Shown piece after piece: positions 11,901 to 24,800 of a stretch of 64,000 bases of DNA; the first letter of the stretch is position 1; each line of letters starts with the position of its first letter. The notes beneath the pieces were generated by a model. That model did no database searches, was not told the origin of the DNA, and was given only the letters and a program-made list of their open reading frames with translations. Source of the DNA: Mizuhopecten yessoensis (lineage: Eukaryota); contig NW_018407459.1 in the NCBI RefSeq assembly GCF_002113885.1, positions 344,227-408,226 on the forward strand. The letters run 5' to 3'. The translations under genes and the position numbers were made by a program.

Positions 11901-14900
11901 GATGTTATTACATAGACTTGCCAGGTTAGTGAGATGTTATTACCTAGACTGGCCAGGTTAGTGAAATGTTATTACATAGACTGGCCAGGTTAGTGAGATG
12001 TTATTACTTAGACTGGCCAGGTTAGTGAGATGTTATTACCTAGACTGCCCAGGTTAGTGAAATGTTATTACATAGACTGGCCACGTTAGTGAGATGTTAT
12101 TACTTAGACTGGCCAGGATAGTGAGATGTTATTACCTAGACTGGCCAGGGTAGTGAAATGTTATTACATAGACTGGCCAGGTTGGTGACATGTTATTACC
12201 TGTTATAGAGCCGTGGGGCATACATAGCCTGGCCAGGTTAGTGAGATGTTATTACCTAGAATGGCCAGGTTAGTGAAATGTTATTACATAGCCTGGCCAG
12301 GTTAGTGAGATGTTATTACATAGTCTTGCCAGGTTAGTGAGATGTTATTACCTAGACCGGCCAGGTTAGTGAAATGTTATTACATAGCCTGGCCAGGTTA
12401 GTGAGATGTTATTACATAGTCTTGCCAGGTTAGTGAGATGTTATTACCGAGACTGGCCAGGTTAGTGAAATGTTATTACATAGCCTGGCCAGGTTAGTGA
12501 GATGTTATTACATAGTCTTGCCAGGTTAGTGAGATGTTATTACCTAGAATGGCCAGGTTAGTGAAATGTTATTACATAGCCTGGCCAGGTTAGTGAGATG
12601 TTATTACCTAGAATGGCCAGGTTAGTGAAATGTTATTACATAGACTGGCCAGGGTAGTGACATGTTATTACCTGTTATAGAGCCGAGGGGAATACATAGA
12701 CTGGCCAGGTTAGTGAGATGTTATCACTTAGACTGGCCAGGTTAGTGAGATGTTATTACTTAGACTGGCCAGGATAGTGAGATGTTATTACCTAGACTGG
12801 CCAGGCTAGGGAAATGGTATTACATAGACTGGCCAGGGTAGTGACATGTTATTACATAGACTGGCCCGGTTAGTGACATGTTATTACCTGTTATATAGCC
12901 TTGGGGCATACATAGACTGGCCAGGGTAGTGACATGTTATTACCTGTTATAGAGCCATGGGGCATACATAGACTGACCAGGTTAGTGACATGTTATTACC
13001 TGTTATATAGCCTTGGGGCATACATAGACTGGCCAGGGTAGTGACATGTTATTACCTAGACCGGACAGGTTAGTGACATGTTATTACCTGTTATACAGCC
13101 TTGGGACATACGTAGACTGGGCAGGTTAGTGACATGTTATTACATAGACTGTCCAGGTTAGTGACCTGTTATTACGTAGACTGGCCAGGGTAGTGACATG
13201 TTATTACCTGTTATAGAGCCTGGGGGCATACATAGACTGGCCAGGTTAGTGAGATGTTATTACCTAGAATGGCCAGGTTAGTGAAATGTTATTACATAGC
13301 CTGGCCAGGTTAGTGAGATGTTATTACCTAGACCGGCCAGGTTAGTGAAATGTTATTACATAGCCTGGCCAGGTTAGTGAGATGTTATTACTTAGACTGG
13401 CCAGGGTAGTGAGATGTTATTACCTAGACTGGCCAGGCTAGGGAAATGGTATTACATAGACTGGCCAGGGTAGTGAGATGTTATTACTTAGACTGGCCAG
13501 GATAGTGAGATGTTATTACCTAGACTGGCCAGGGTAGTGAAATGTTATTACATAGACTGGCCACGTTAGTGAGATGTTATTACTTAGACTGGCCAGGATA
13601 GTGAGATGTTATTACCTAGACTGGCCAGGCTAGGGAAATGGTATTACATAGACTGGCCAGGGTAGTGACATGTTATTACCTAGACTGGACGGGGTAGTGA
13701 CATGTTATTAACTGTTATAGAGCCGTGGGGCATACATAGACTGGACAGGTTAGTGACATGTTATTAACTGTTATAGAGCCGTGGGGCATACATAGACTGG
13801 ACAGGTTAGTGACATGTTATTACATGTTATAGAGCCATGGGGCATACATAGAGTGGCCAGGTTAGTGACATGTTATTACCTAGACTGGGCAGGTTAGTGA
13901 CATGTTATTACCTGTTATAGAGCCTGGAGACCTTCTCTTTGGGAGGGGCTGTATCTTTACACATTGGTCCAATTCCAAAAAATGTATATCTTCTAACAAA
14001 AGTTTACATAGTTAACAATGACATGATCAGAAGCCAGGGTCCAATGTGGTCAGTTTTATCTCCTGAAAAAGCTGGTTATGAATATATGCTTGTAGACATG
14101 TACCATGCTGACAACAACAGAGTGAGTTTGATTTCACACCTAAGATATTCTTGTCACCTTGAATTTACACAATTCATTGCAAGCAAGAAGCTATTATAGT
14201 ATATAAGCCTAATGAAATGTTATTGATCACAGTCGAATAAAGATAAAAAAAATAAACAGGTTTAATGAGAGTTTACACACAAGAGGGTACCATAGGGAAA
14301 ATTTGAAAACATACATCATATAATTATCTGCAGGTTTAAACCTAAAATAAATGACTCATCTTAAACAATTATCTAGATGTTTTGAAGATGTTATTAATTC
14401 AGAATGAATGTATTCCAAACAAGTTAAGTGACTGAAACATGACTAGTTTTACGCTTCGGCTAGGAAGACATTTTTATGTTAACAAAAATCAAACATGTTT
14501 GCACATGTACAGTTAGTTAGAAGTTCACCAGCAGCTGCTGATAAAATGTATAGCTATTCCATTAAGGATGTTTTCACTATTGAATTAGAATGCAAAAAAA
14601 ACATTGGCTCTTGTCAATTTTGCTACACAAATTGTCCATGAGGAGTATCTAACTAAAAGATGGTTATCATGAAGTATTTTGTGACAAGGTTATTAAAGAA
14701 AATACTTCTCGAAATCGTCCAAAAAGTTGTTAAACAAAAGAAAATGACATGGAATTCCTTCAAAAACAGAGTCAAGTCTGGGACATATTTACAAATTTCA
14801 ATTAAGTGCCTAGTTATCCACTGAATACGATACATGGAATGATAAATAAAATACTGATACTAATATGGTAATATTATTATGATTTTGTATTCTACAGGTA

Positions 14901-17312
14901 ATGAATCATCTGACACTGTGGTGAGAAGTACGCTACAACTCCACAAGAATATTGTAGCCATCAACAAAGAGGATGTGATCGAGTTAATATCAATGGATGT
15001 TCCATCACATGTAAGTGAGGACCAATTGATGCAGTCAGCAGCCCAGCATCTGATGCTGTCCATCTACCGCAATCAACTGATGCACATCTTCGTCCGTGTA
15101 GCAATGGTATCCCTGACCATCAATGCCTGCACCCAGGACACTCTTCCCTTAGGTCAGTGTTATATCAAATTAGTTGCTGGTAAATTTTCTTTTCTGCAGC
15201 ATTAAAATATTCATAACAGTTTTAAAGAAATGAAAAAGGGACGTGTGTGCTAGGGATGTATTTCAACTTGTTAATCCATATTTATGATGTATATCAACAA
15301 TCAAAAGTATTAAACTAAAGAGTAATCATTCAAATCTTCTGAAAACATATTACTTTGTTTCTCCATGTTTTATTTTACAGATGACCTTTACAACAAATAT
15401 GTGTTCCTGGAGCACCTTTTAAACAGAGACTTCATTTTCCATCCTGAACACACAAAGCTGGCAAGTACTCTCCCAATTAGGATATTCAAAACAAATTCCA
15501 TACTCTACAAATTAAACAAATATTGTTTTTATTTTACATGACAGTTTAGCATGAAGCACTTACATGTACCATACTCAATTTCAAATAACATTTTAAAAGC
15601 AAATCTGACATGAAATATGTCAGCATGAACTGTTGTCAAATAATTTCCTATTCAGTTTTTATATTGTATCAAAATTGTCCTAATACATCACATTTGCTTG
15701 TAGGACTTTGAGCATTCCCTCCTTACCCTCACACACAACTGTGGTGTTGTAATCAAAGACGATTGCATCCTGATCAAATCCTCCACCAACAAGTACACTA
15801 CATTCTTCAGCCAGATGTTTGAACCCTTCCTCCTTGGATACTGGGTATGTCTTTTTCTTTTGAGAAGATTTCTTTCTCTATTACCTTGTCAAAGATTTGA
15901 AGAGCTCACCCATCTTTCTACCAGTCCATCATTTAGACACAATCTTGTATTTAGTGGTGTTAAAATTTTATATCATTGCTTATAGATATGATTCAGAAAT
16001 GTCTTTTAACAAACATGCATTAGTGTATTATTGCTGATCATATCAAATATTGTTGAAACAAATCTTATGCTTTCATCGTTATAGCTCAAATTTGTCATCA
16101 TGCTACTTTCTAGCTTATTCAATAATGGCCAGTATCTTAATTTTTCTTTCGAAGCATTTATATGTTTTCTTACACTTTTTTTCAGATTATGTGTCGTTGC
16201 CTATTATCATCACACATTGACGTGCATGGTAAACCTAAGGCCAAGCCCCCCAAAGTGATCACTAAGGAGGCCCAGATGTTGAGCGCAAGGCTTTTGAGGG
16301 AAGGGGCTATTAAACACTTAGAAGTTCTCTCCCTTGACATCCTGAGCAACGGGCTCCATGCCCTCCACCACATGAACGCGGTGTCAAAGGAGAAGAGGTA
16401 TACTGAGTAATGTTTGTAATTTACAAAACAACAATATTATCCAACGCTTTTCCCCAAATGAGTCCCTTTTAGTACACTGGAAGTAATTTACATTTTGTAA
16501 TCATGTTCTCAGAAGAGTTACATGTAGCAATAAAAACATATCCTAACATTTAAAAACATAAAACAGTTAGTAGATGTTGAGAATCTCATTATTACTGAAG
16601 ACTATAGATAACCATTAAAACATTTTGAAGTGGATTGTGTTAGAGAATCTTTTAGACTGTGGTGTATGTGCAGTAGCAGTTCTTACAAAACAAAAACCGT
16701 TCTGTTAATGTTTGATCTTGTATGTATATATTGAGTTAACCTAAGTATATATTATGTAATTAATGATGTAGTTATAAGTTCCCTTTGTACTTGACAGAGA
16801 TGGGCAGGCCTATATGTACCCCAACGCCATTGTTCTCACCAACGTCTGTGAACAACTGGGTAAGTCAGGTTTAAAGGAGGGTCTACTTACATTAATCAGA
16901 CAGTTAGTGAAGATATGTCTGATGTTTATCAAAACTAGATTTGAAATGATGCAGTCATTCCTTTTTTTAAAAAAATACAAACCCACTAAATTTTGTTTTC
17001 AATGTTTTTGATATGACTTACTAAGTACTACTTAATATGAACAAAATTATACTCTGACAGGAAAACATTCACACTTGCAGTGGGTATTTTTAATAAAAGC
17101 AACTGGAAAGAGATTTGTTATATACGCTGTATATTCATAATTGGAGTTATATAAACTTCACTTTATTTCAATTTGAAGAAAAAAACAATAATTTTATCTG
17201 ATTGAAAAATGTCTACTTTTCTTTTGTAGAAAAATTCCTTGATGTTCCACAAATTCCCATGACAAGCATTCTGGTGGAATCTAAAACAGTGGTGATCAAT
17301 GCTAAGTTATAG
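5919..17312 (+). CDS. GNPAT: Dihydroxyacetone phosphate acyltransferase (glyceronephosphate O-acyltransferase), peroxisomal
   Basis: Exons: 5919-5955 (tentative first exon, phase-compatible), 8396-8592, 8915-9091, 9597-9726 (PSHRSYFDF, HxxxxD), 10011-10214 (GAFYIRRSF; [10 protein letters not shown]), 10511-10662 ([12 protein letters not shown]), 11109-11239, 11672-11892, 14898-15152, 15381-15460 (GC donor), 15704-15844, 16186-16397, 16798-16859, 17230-17312. About 693 aa ending ...VVINAKL* (PTS1). Confidence 0.95.
6374..7604. mobile_element. Non-autonomous DNA transposon with TIRs and subterminal cgcccca repeats; 7-8 bp TSD
   Basis: Left end gggtgtcagacgtttcgccccaaa plus about 10 cgcccca motifs; right end tggggcg repeats ending tttggggcgaaatgtctgtaattcc; (c)acacaat on both flanks (6366-6373, 7604-7611). 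Confidence 0.8.
11870..13927 (+). repeat. Minisatellite of 32-bp and 56-bp units containing the GNPAT exon-8 end and 5' splice donor
   Basis: Unit catagactggccag|gttagtgagatgttatta (32 bp); longer variant adds cctgttatagagcc(g/t)tggggcata; roughly 55 units by estimate. Confidence 0.95.
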
Positions 17313-17577
17313 ATGTATGAAGAGCCAGTTCCTCCTCCTAATAATGACAGATGATTCTTTGTATGGATGGCAAGGAATACATTAGAAATGTGATAGTTTT
17401 CTTAGACTCTGGTATCCAAGGACAAAGGCAGAGTGACAGACATGCGTTTCAGGAAAGTGTTCTGGGTCAAAGTAATGCTTAAGAAAAGGGTCAGAGTAAT
17501 GCTTCAGAAAAGGGTCAGAGTAATGCTTCAGAAAGCACTTTTGATGATTTTTGGAAGTTAAGGTTATTTAACTGCAA

Positions 17578-17612
<35 letters not shown>

Positions 17613-17669
17613 TATACATGTTCAGGTTGATTGAAAAAATCATAATAATAAGTTAACAACATATATCAG

Positions 17670-18275
17670 CTGACAACTGATAATGATGTAAGATCTTGTA
17701 TTACATACTCATCAACTGGTAATGATGTAAGGTCTTGTATAACATACCCATCAACTGATAATGATGTAAGATCTTGTATTACATACTCATCAACTGGTAA
17801 TGATGTAAGGTCTTTTATAACATACCCATCAACTGATAATGATATAAGATCTTATATTACATACTAATCAACGGGTAATGATGTAAGGTCTTGTATAACA
17901 TACTCATCATTGATAATGATGTAAGATCTTGTATTGCATACTCATCAACTGGTAATGATGTAAGCTCTTTTATAACATACCCATCAACTGATAATGATAT
18001 AAGATCTTGTATTACATACTCATCAACTGGTAATGATGTAAGGTCTTTTATAACATACTCATCATTTGATAATGATATAAGATCTTGTATTACATACTCA
18101 TCAACGGGTAATGATGTAAGGTCTTTTATAACATACCCATCAACTGAAAATGATGTAAGTTCTTGTATTACATACTCATCAACTGATAATGATGTAAGAT
18201 CTTGTATTACATACCCATCAACTGATAATGATGTAAGATCTTGTATTACAGACTCATCTCTTGATAATGATGTTA
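17670..18275 (+). repeat. 39-bp minisatellite downstream of the GNPAT stop (probable 3' UTR)
   Basis: Unit aactg(a/g)taatgatgtaag(a/g)tcttgtattacatac(t/c)catc, about 15 copies; produces the spurious 13-aa-repeat ORFs on both strands. Confidence 0.9.
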
Positions 18276-20609
18276 CCAATTTTTTAAGAATACTCCTGTT
18301 CTGATCATGATTTAACCACATGTACCAGCTGTCAAATGGTAATGATGTTGCAATTTGTATCATCTGATAACTTTGTTGCTAAAGGAAAAAGTGGCCAGTG
18401 CAATTTAAATATGACTTCCTCCTCATTATATTGCTATTTTAACATATTCATGAGGGTGTGAAACCCTTCGTGGTATGATTAGGATTTGAAGTACACCTGT
18501 TTTTGTCTGTTTCAGGAAGATATGTTTGTTTTAGTGCCTATATTGATTGAATGTGACAGCAATTTGTAAAATTGTGTAAATGAGTCTGTTGAAATAGTGT
18601 GATCCTGAGTGTGTGTTATCTTGATTCATATGATAGCGAGTGTAGTGATCTTTCTAGGAATTAATTAATTTATGTTTCTTTGTCAAGTTGGAGCATTGTC
18701 ATGATCAAAGATATAAATTGCTTTTCTGTCACTACAACGTATGAGTGTATATAACTGGGTATATGATACAATGTGGTACCATTGCAAAGTAATTATATTG
18801 TATATATTTATTTACAAACTTTCTAGTGCTTCGAATCGATGGGTCATTATTTCACTATTTTGTCCTTTAAGAATATCTTACCAGTGATAGAATTTTCATT
18901 TTATCTTGTATGCATGATTTTACACTTACTAAGTATGAGATAAAACATGTTTTTCATGATATTTCGAAAGAAAACTTGGAATGAAGTATGAGCTTTGTGT
19001 GAAAATAAGCCACTTGGAAATATATAAAGCACTACAGAGTTTTCATTATTATTTATATAGCCATAGATTAAAGGATATCTGCTATATTGAGTAAATAACA
19101 TGCTACAGGAAACAAATTGGGAATACCTCATGATTAAGAATTAACATACATGTAAATCATTATTTGCCTAATAAATGTTTTCATGTATTAAAAGCAATTC
19201 TTTTACAATGTAATGTTTCGAGAAATTGACATTTATTTCTCCTGACCTTCACTGGTGTGTCTCAAGTTCTAGCTGGGAAAGATCAGCTTGTCGCCCCCAG
19301 GGGAGAGATAGCCTCATGCAGAATAGCATGTGCTAAATTGTGACTTAAAAATGAAGGGCAATTGTGACATCATAAAATGTGAATGGCATTATTCTTATGC
19401 TACATGTGCTTTTTCAGATGTGACTGAAATAATAGGTTGGGAGAAATCTACTTGACAGTATGAAAGAGAAATCTCCAACCCTAAGGGTGATTTTTCTTGA
19501 TTTCTATCTTGAGGCTCTGCCAAGGGTAAGACAATAAAATAGTCACTGGAGGTTGATTAAGATTCCATTTATTGAAACTTTAAAAGAAATTTAATGATAC
19601 TGGTGTGAATGCGTATCATTCTCAATATAACAAGTTTCACTTTGTAGCATAATAATATTTACATTCTAATTATCACATCTATGTAAACACTACAAAGTTA
19701 TTAGTCCTATCTCAATTGGGAAGAAATGTTGATTTGTCCTTATAAGTAACTTTCACGTAATAGACATAACAACTCACAGAGCACCATATCTCTTGTGGTT
19801 TCTGTAGGATCAAGAACCTGTATGAGCCAGACCTTGTAAGAGTTATGCTTATTAAATACAATTTATGTTTATTAAACCTGTGTAATTCAGAGTTCTGTCT
19901 ATTCTGAATAGGAAATCCATGTGGTGTTTGATTTAGACAGGTTTTACTGTGATATCTTTGTTTGTTTTTTATTTGGGAAAAGAAAAATCATTTTTTCCTC
20001 AGCTGTTTTTAGATATATAGGTAACAAGTCCCAAGAAAACAGTATATTTCATTCTTTTACATAAGGTATGTCTGAGATGTGAGTTGTGTGCATACTATGT
20101 ATATGGTAACAGTTGTTGGTCACCTGTTTATCCAGGTGTGGTAGAAATATTCCATGATAAATCATTATATTGTTGGTCTATGATGCAATAAGTAATAATA
20201 TATATTGCAATTTAATAAAAGTTTCCAAATTATGACATGAATAAAATGTTTAAAATGCTTGTTTGTTTTTATATTTTTACTATTTTTCCTTCTAAAGCTG
20301 TCTAAACAAGATGCACATGCCTATCAGTGGGGTTCCATTTCATCAACGTGAAAGAGAAAATATTTCACAGTGATTCCTACACTATAAAATGTATGTACAC
20401 ATTTGGTGAAAAGGTGTTGACTTGATTTGTTTAATGAAATGTATGGACTTGGATGATTGCATATAGTCTTCTAGCTTACATCAAACAAAGAACTCGATAA
20501 AGTTCAAACATAAAATATTCAGGATTGAATTCTTTTTAAATTTGTGTCCAAATCAAATCAAGACCATTGTGTCAAAAGTCCATATAGATTGTCAAGAGCA
20601 TTAATATTG

Positions 20610-21400
20610 TTAGCTCACCTATTGTGAAGGACCATTGAGTGTACAGAGGTTCATCATCTGATGTTGGATGTCCATCTATTTTAGCTCGTGTAAACATTAC
20701 AAAATGTCAATGATGGTACAGCCACAGTCGGTCATCCATATGTCATTTGTTTACTTTGAAAACTGGAAGACGCATATTTTGCCAGTAGGTACCTAGGATT
20801 GGATTGGTATACATTCTGCAAATACTCTTCTTATTTTCAAGGTTATATACAGATCTCAAATATGTTAAAAACTTCAAGAAACAATTTCTTAACTATCAGA
20901 AGGTCTAGAGTATTGATACTTGGTTATACCACAGAATAGGTTATCTAAGTCCGTGGTTATACTGTGTATATGTAGACCATCGGTGCAAATCCGTATTTTA
21001 CAAATTGTCTAAAGGTCAAAGGTCAACTTTGAGCATTGTCCAGGGTCGAAGGATTTACATTGGCTATAATGGGTAAAACGAATTTTGTTCTTGAGTTCCA
21101 TAAGGCACAGGGCCCTGATATTTAACAACTTACAAGTAGATACATGTATCTTGCATAGGGATCGAAATTGAAATTATATTATAACATTGCATTAAGTAAT
21201 TTATTTCAATATTATAACCTTAATTCAGTTTAAACCAGCTTTCAAGGTTACAGAGGTCAAGTAAGTTAAATTTCATATTACTTCAACACCCATAAGACAT
21301 AGTATTAATTGTTTATATTTTCCTGTAGATTGCTGGTAAATTAATAGGCTGTCAAATTTGTTGTAACTGTGAATGACCCAATTTCAATATAACAGGGACA
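20610..21400 (+). mobile_element. Old HINE-like element copy
   Basis: Begins ttagctcacct; contains degraded caaggt(c/t)acagaggtcaa / aaatatgttaaaaacttca units shared with the copies at 27130, 33779 and 52080. Confidence 0.45.
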
Positions 21401-21846
21401 GAATATTTTAAAATCTCCTTTTTCCATCCAAAGGCTTGTAGCTTACTGTAAATGAAGGACGAGTCTACCAACTTTGTTAAAAAAAAATGATATTATGGAG
21501 TTATTGTTGTTACAGCAAGAATAATGTTTGTTTCAATAAATATAAATACGACTTATAAGTCCAAGATGCTTGTTTTATATATTAGACATTCTGTTTCAAT
21601 TTTGCATTTTTTTTAATATTTTGGTTTCTTTATCAAAATCATGAGTTTTTATTATTTCAACGGTTCCCGCTAGAAGTTATATTAAAATATTTGGTAGACT
21701 GCATCCACGTTCCCGTTAGTTACCTCCCTTTTTCTGCCTCTCATTCGTTGGAGATATAAAATTGAAAACGTGTAGTCGTGATTATACAAAATCTGAAATA
21801 AGATGAAATAGCGTTTTAGGAGACAATTTGTTATAACCCTTCAGCT

Positions 21847-24800
21847 ATGGCATCAACAGCCGATGTTCAGACGTTAATGGAGATGGGGTTTACAAAAAAC
21901 AATGCGTAAGTCGAGTTGAAATTATACAAATCAAAACTATTTACTGATCGAGCTACATATGTAGCCGAAGAAGTCATTACAATTCACTTATTTACCGATC
22001 TCCTTCCATAAATGCTTCCTGAAGTTAATAATTTATACATTGCTGATGTATATAAATGATATTTACAATACAATTTAGCTATACGTGAGAGTGATTAGCC
22101 TGTTGAGTGACGTAATATTCCTAAAAATAGCCCTACTTTCATTTTGGGTTTGATAAGAAAAATTTAACTAACAGGATCTCGTCTATTTCTCAATATCTTG
22201 GTATACTTACTGTATGGCTTTCAATAAGAGAAACAAAAACTAGTTACAGTTATTGTCATGCGTGATTATGATATATCAGGTCTCACGCTTCTCTGTATCA
22301 GTATGAAAAGTTTGGCAACTTACTTGCAGCCTCCTTGCCGAGCTAATACACTAGACTTTACCAATAAAAATAAAAAGGATGTGATCCATAAACAGCTGGA
22401 ATGGAAGCTTTCACCTTCTTTACTTTACGGGGGCTCCATCAAAGCCCCCGTAAACTACCCTAGCTGTTTTTCCAACTGCAACAATCCATAATGCAGAAAA
22501 TTATTGTCACCAGCATTATTCTAATTTGGAAAACCAGCAGATCCTTGTCTTTGGTCTAAATTTACAATGTTAGTAACAGTTAAAAGACGTGCTCATATTG
22601 TATGCGGTAATTGCTGTTTAAAAATAATTAAATCTCTACATTTATCTGCTTACTTCACCTAGCTTGCACAAATTAGTCCATTAGTGTGCTATTTAAATCA
22701 TCATATTACATCCATCATCAGGATTTCATTTTAACAACTTCCACATTACCAGAAGACAATGTCATGTAGCCTGTAGCATAGGGTATTGGTTTTGTATACA
22801 TTTTCTATAATCACTTTCTTGTTCAAGTGACAAATGTGTTAAAAAAAATCGAAAGACTACAGAAGCCTTTCAGCATTATAAATATTTATGCTATATATAT
22901 ATGTATATTTGTATGGGTAAAAGAAGTAATATAGACAGTAAAATCCCATATAACACTGGATCCTAATGGAGGTATGTCCGTAGGATACAAATCACTTAAA
23001 ATAGTATATGGGGCAAAGAAGGATTTCCGACAGTGTGGTCCACACTGTTGGAATTACTTTGCCCCATATATATATATTTGTATATACATTAAGGTATTAT
23101 TACCATTGAATAACAGGTAACAATACAGGCTCCTTGTGCCTTTTGTTGGTTATATGGTTCACAGTATAGTTTAAAACTAGTACAATGTAACCATGTAAGA
23201 TTCCGAAGATCACCATATAAAATAAAAAATGTTTATTACTGATTTACAGGGAAAGGGCACTTGCAAAAACCAGTTACCAAGGAGTACAACTAGCCATGGA
23301 TTGGTAAGTGGAGTCTCGTATACAATAACATTACCTCGAGCTCCCACCTGTATTATCTTAGAATGAGAGTGATACTCTGAAAAACCTGCAAGATACATGT
23401 ATAGGGTTGTTACCATATTATACACACACAGATTCATACATTTGGAAAATAATGGAAGTAAACTTGTTGTAGTCTCATTAAATAATTCTTTTGCAGGTTA
23501 TTTGCTCATGAAGATGATCCAGATATCAATGAACCCTTTGAAGCACCAAAAGGGAATGTACTAGGAGGTAAGTAATGGTTCAAGGTGTAGAGCCGTTTCT
23601 GTAGTTTAGGTTTGATTTGTTCTCTTTATCCCTTACCTGGGTACCGACCGGTATGCAGGGCGATTGAAGAAACAGTGAAAACTAACTATAAGAGTCAATC
23701 GCAACAGGTCCTGGATAAGTTGAGTTTTATTAGCTCACCTGGCCCGAAGTCCGTCGTCCGTCAATTTTTTCCTTTAAAACCCTACTAGTCCTGGTCTGGA
23801 GCATCATTGGCCAAAGGGTTCTCAGTTTTGGATTAACGGAGGGTATGGTCCCCCTAGGGGCAGAGGGGCGGGGCCAAATAGGGGGAAAATAGGTAAATCT
23901 TTAAAAATCTTCTTCTTCTCAACCAATCGAAGGATTTTGACCCAATTTGTCCTAAAGCATCTTTGGACAAAGGAGACTCAAGTTTGTATAAACAGAGGGT
24001 ATGGCCCCTCTGGGGGCGGAGGGGCGAGGCCCAATAGGGGAAATAGAGGAATTTTTTTCTCCTGCTATACAAGTAAAGGGATTTAAAGCAAATGCAGTCT
24101 GAAGCATGATTAGGGACAAAAGAATCAAGTTTGTATAATCTGAGGTGTGTGGGCCCCCTTCTCGGGGCCGCTCGGTGGGGCCCCTTCGCGGAAATAGAGG
24201 AAAACATCAAAGATCCTTCTCCTTTTGTACCGATGAAGGGATTTTGACCAAATTTGGTCTGGAGCATCATTAGCCAAAGGGTTCTCAGTTTTGTATAAAC
24301 GGAGGGTATGGTCCCCCTGGGGGCAGAGGGGCGGGGCCAAATAGGGGGAAAATAGGTAAATCTTTAAAAATCTTCTTCTCATTCAATAGAAGGATTTTGA
24401 CCCAATTTGTGCTAGAGCATCTTTGGACAAAGGACACTCAAGTTTGTATATCCTAATTGTCTGGAGAATCTTGGGCAAAAGGGACTCAATTTTGTATAAA
24501 CAGTGAGTGCCCCCCCCTTTAAACCTTTAAAATCCTTCTTCTACCATAGGGATTAAGGGATTTTATCCTAATTTAGTCTTGGGCATCCTTGGGCCAAGGG
24601 GACTCAATTGTGTATAAGCAGTGGGTGTGGTCTCCCAGGGGGCAGAAGGGCGGGGTCCAATAGGAGAAATAGAGGTTTAACCTTTAAAATCCTGCTTCGA
24701 CCATCAGGATTAAGGGATTTTATCCTTATTTAGTCTGGAGCATCCTCGGGCCAAGGGGACTTAATTTTGTATAAACAGTGGGTATGACCCCCCTAGGGGC

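Noticed and set aside
17857-18363. ORFs of 168 aa (minus) and 137 aa (plus) with 13-aa repeats
   Set aside because: By-product of a 39-bp (multiple of 3) minisatellite downstream of the GNPAT stop.
23854-24382. Minus-strand ORFs of 138 and 85 aa
   Set aside because: They lie within tandem repeats of a non-autonomous element; no domain.
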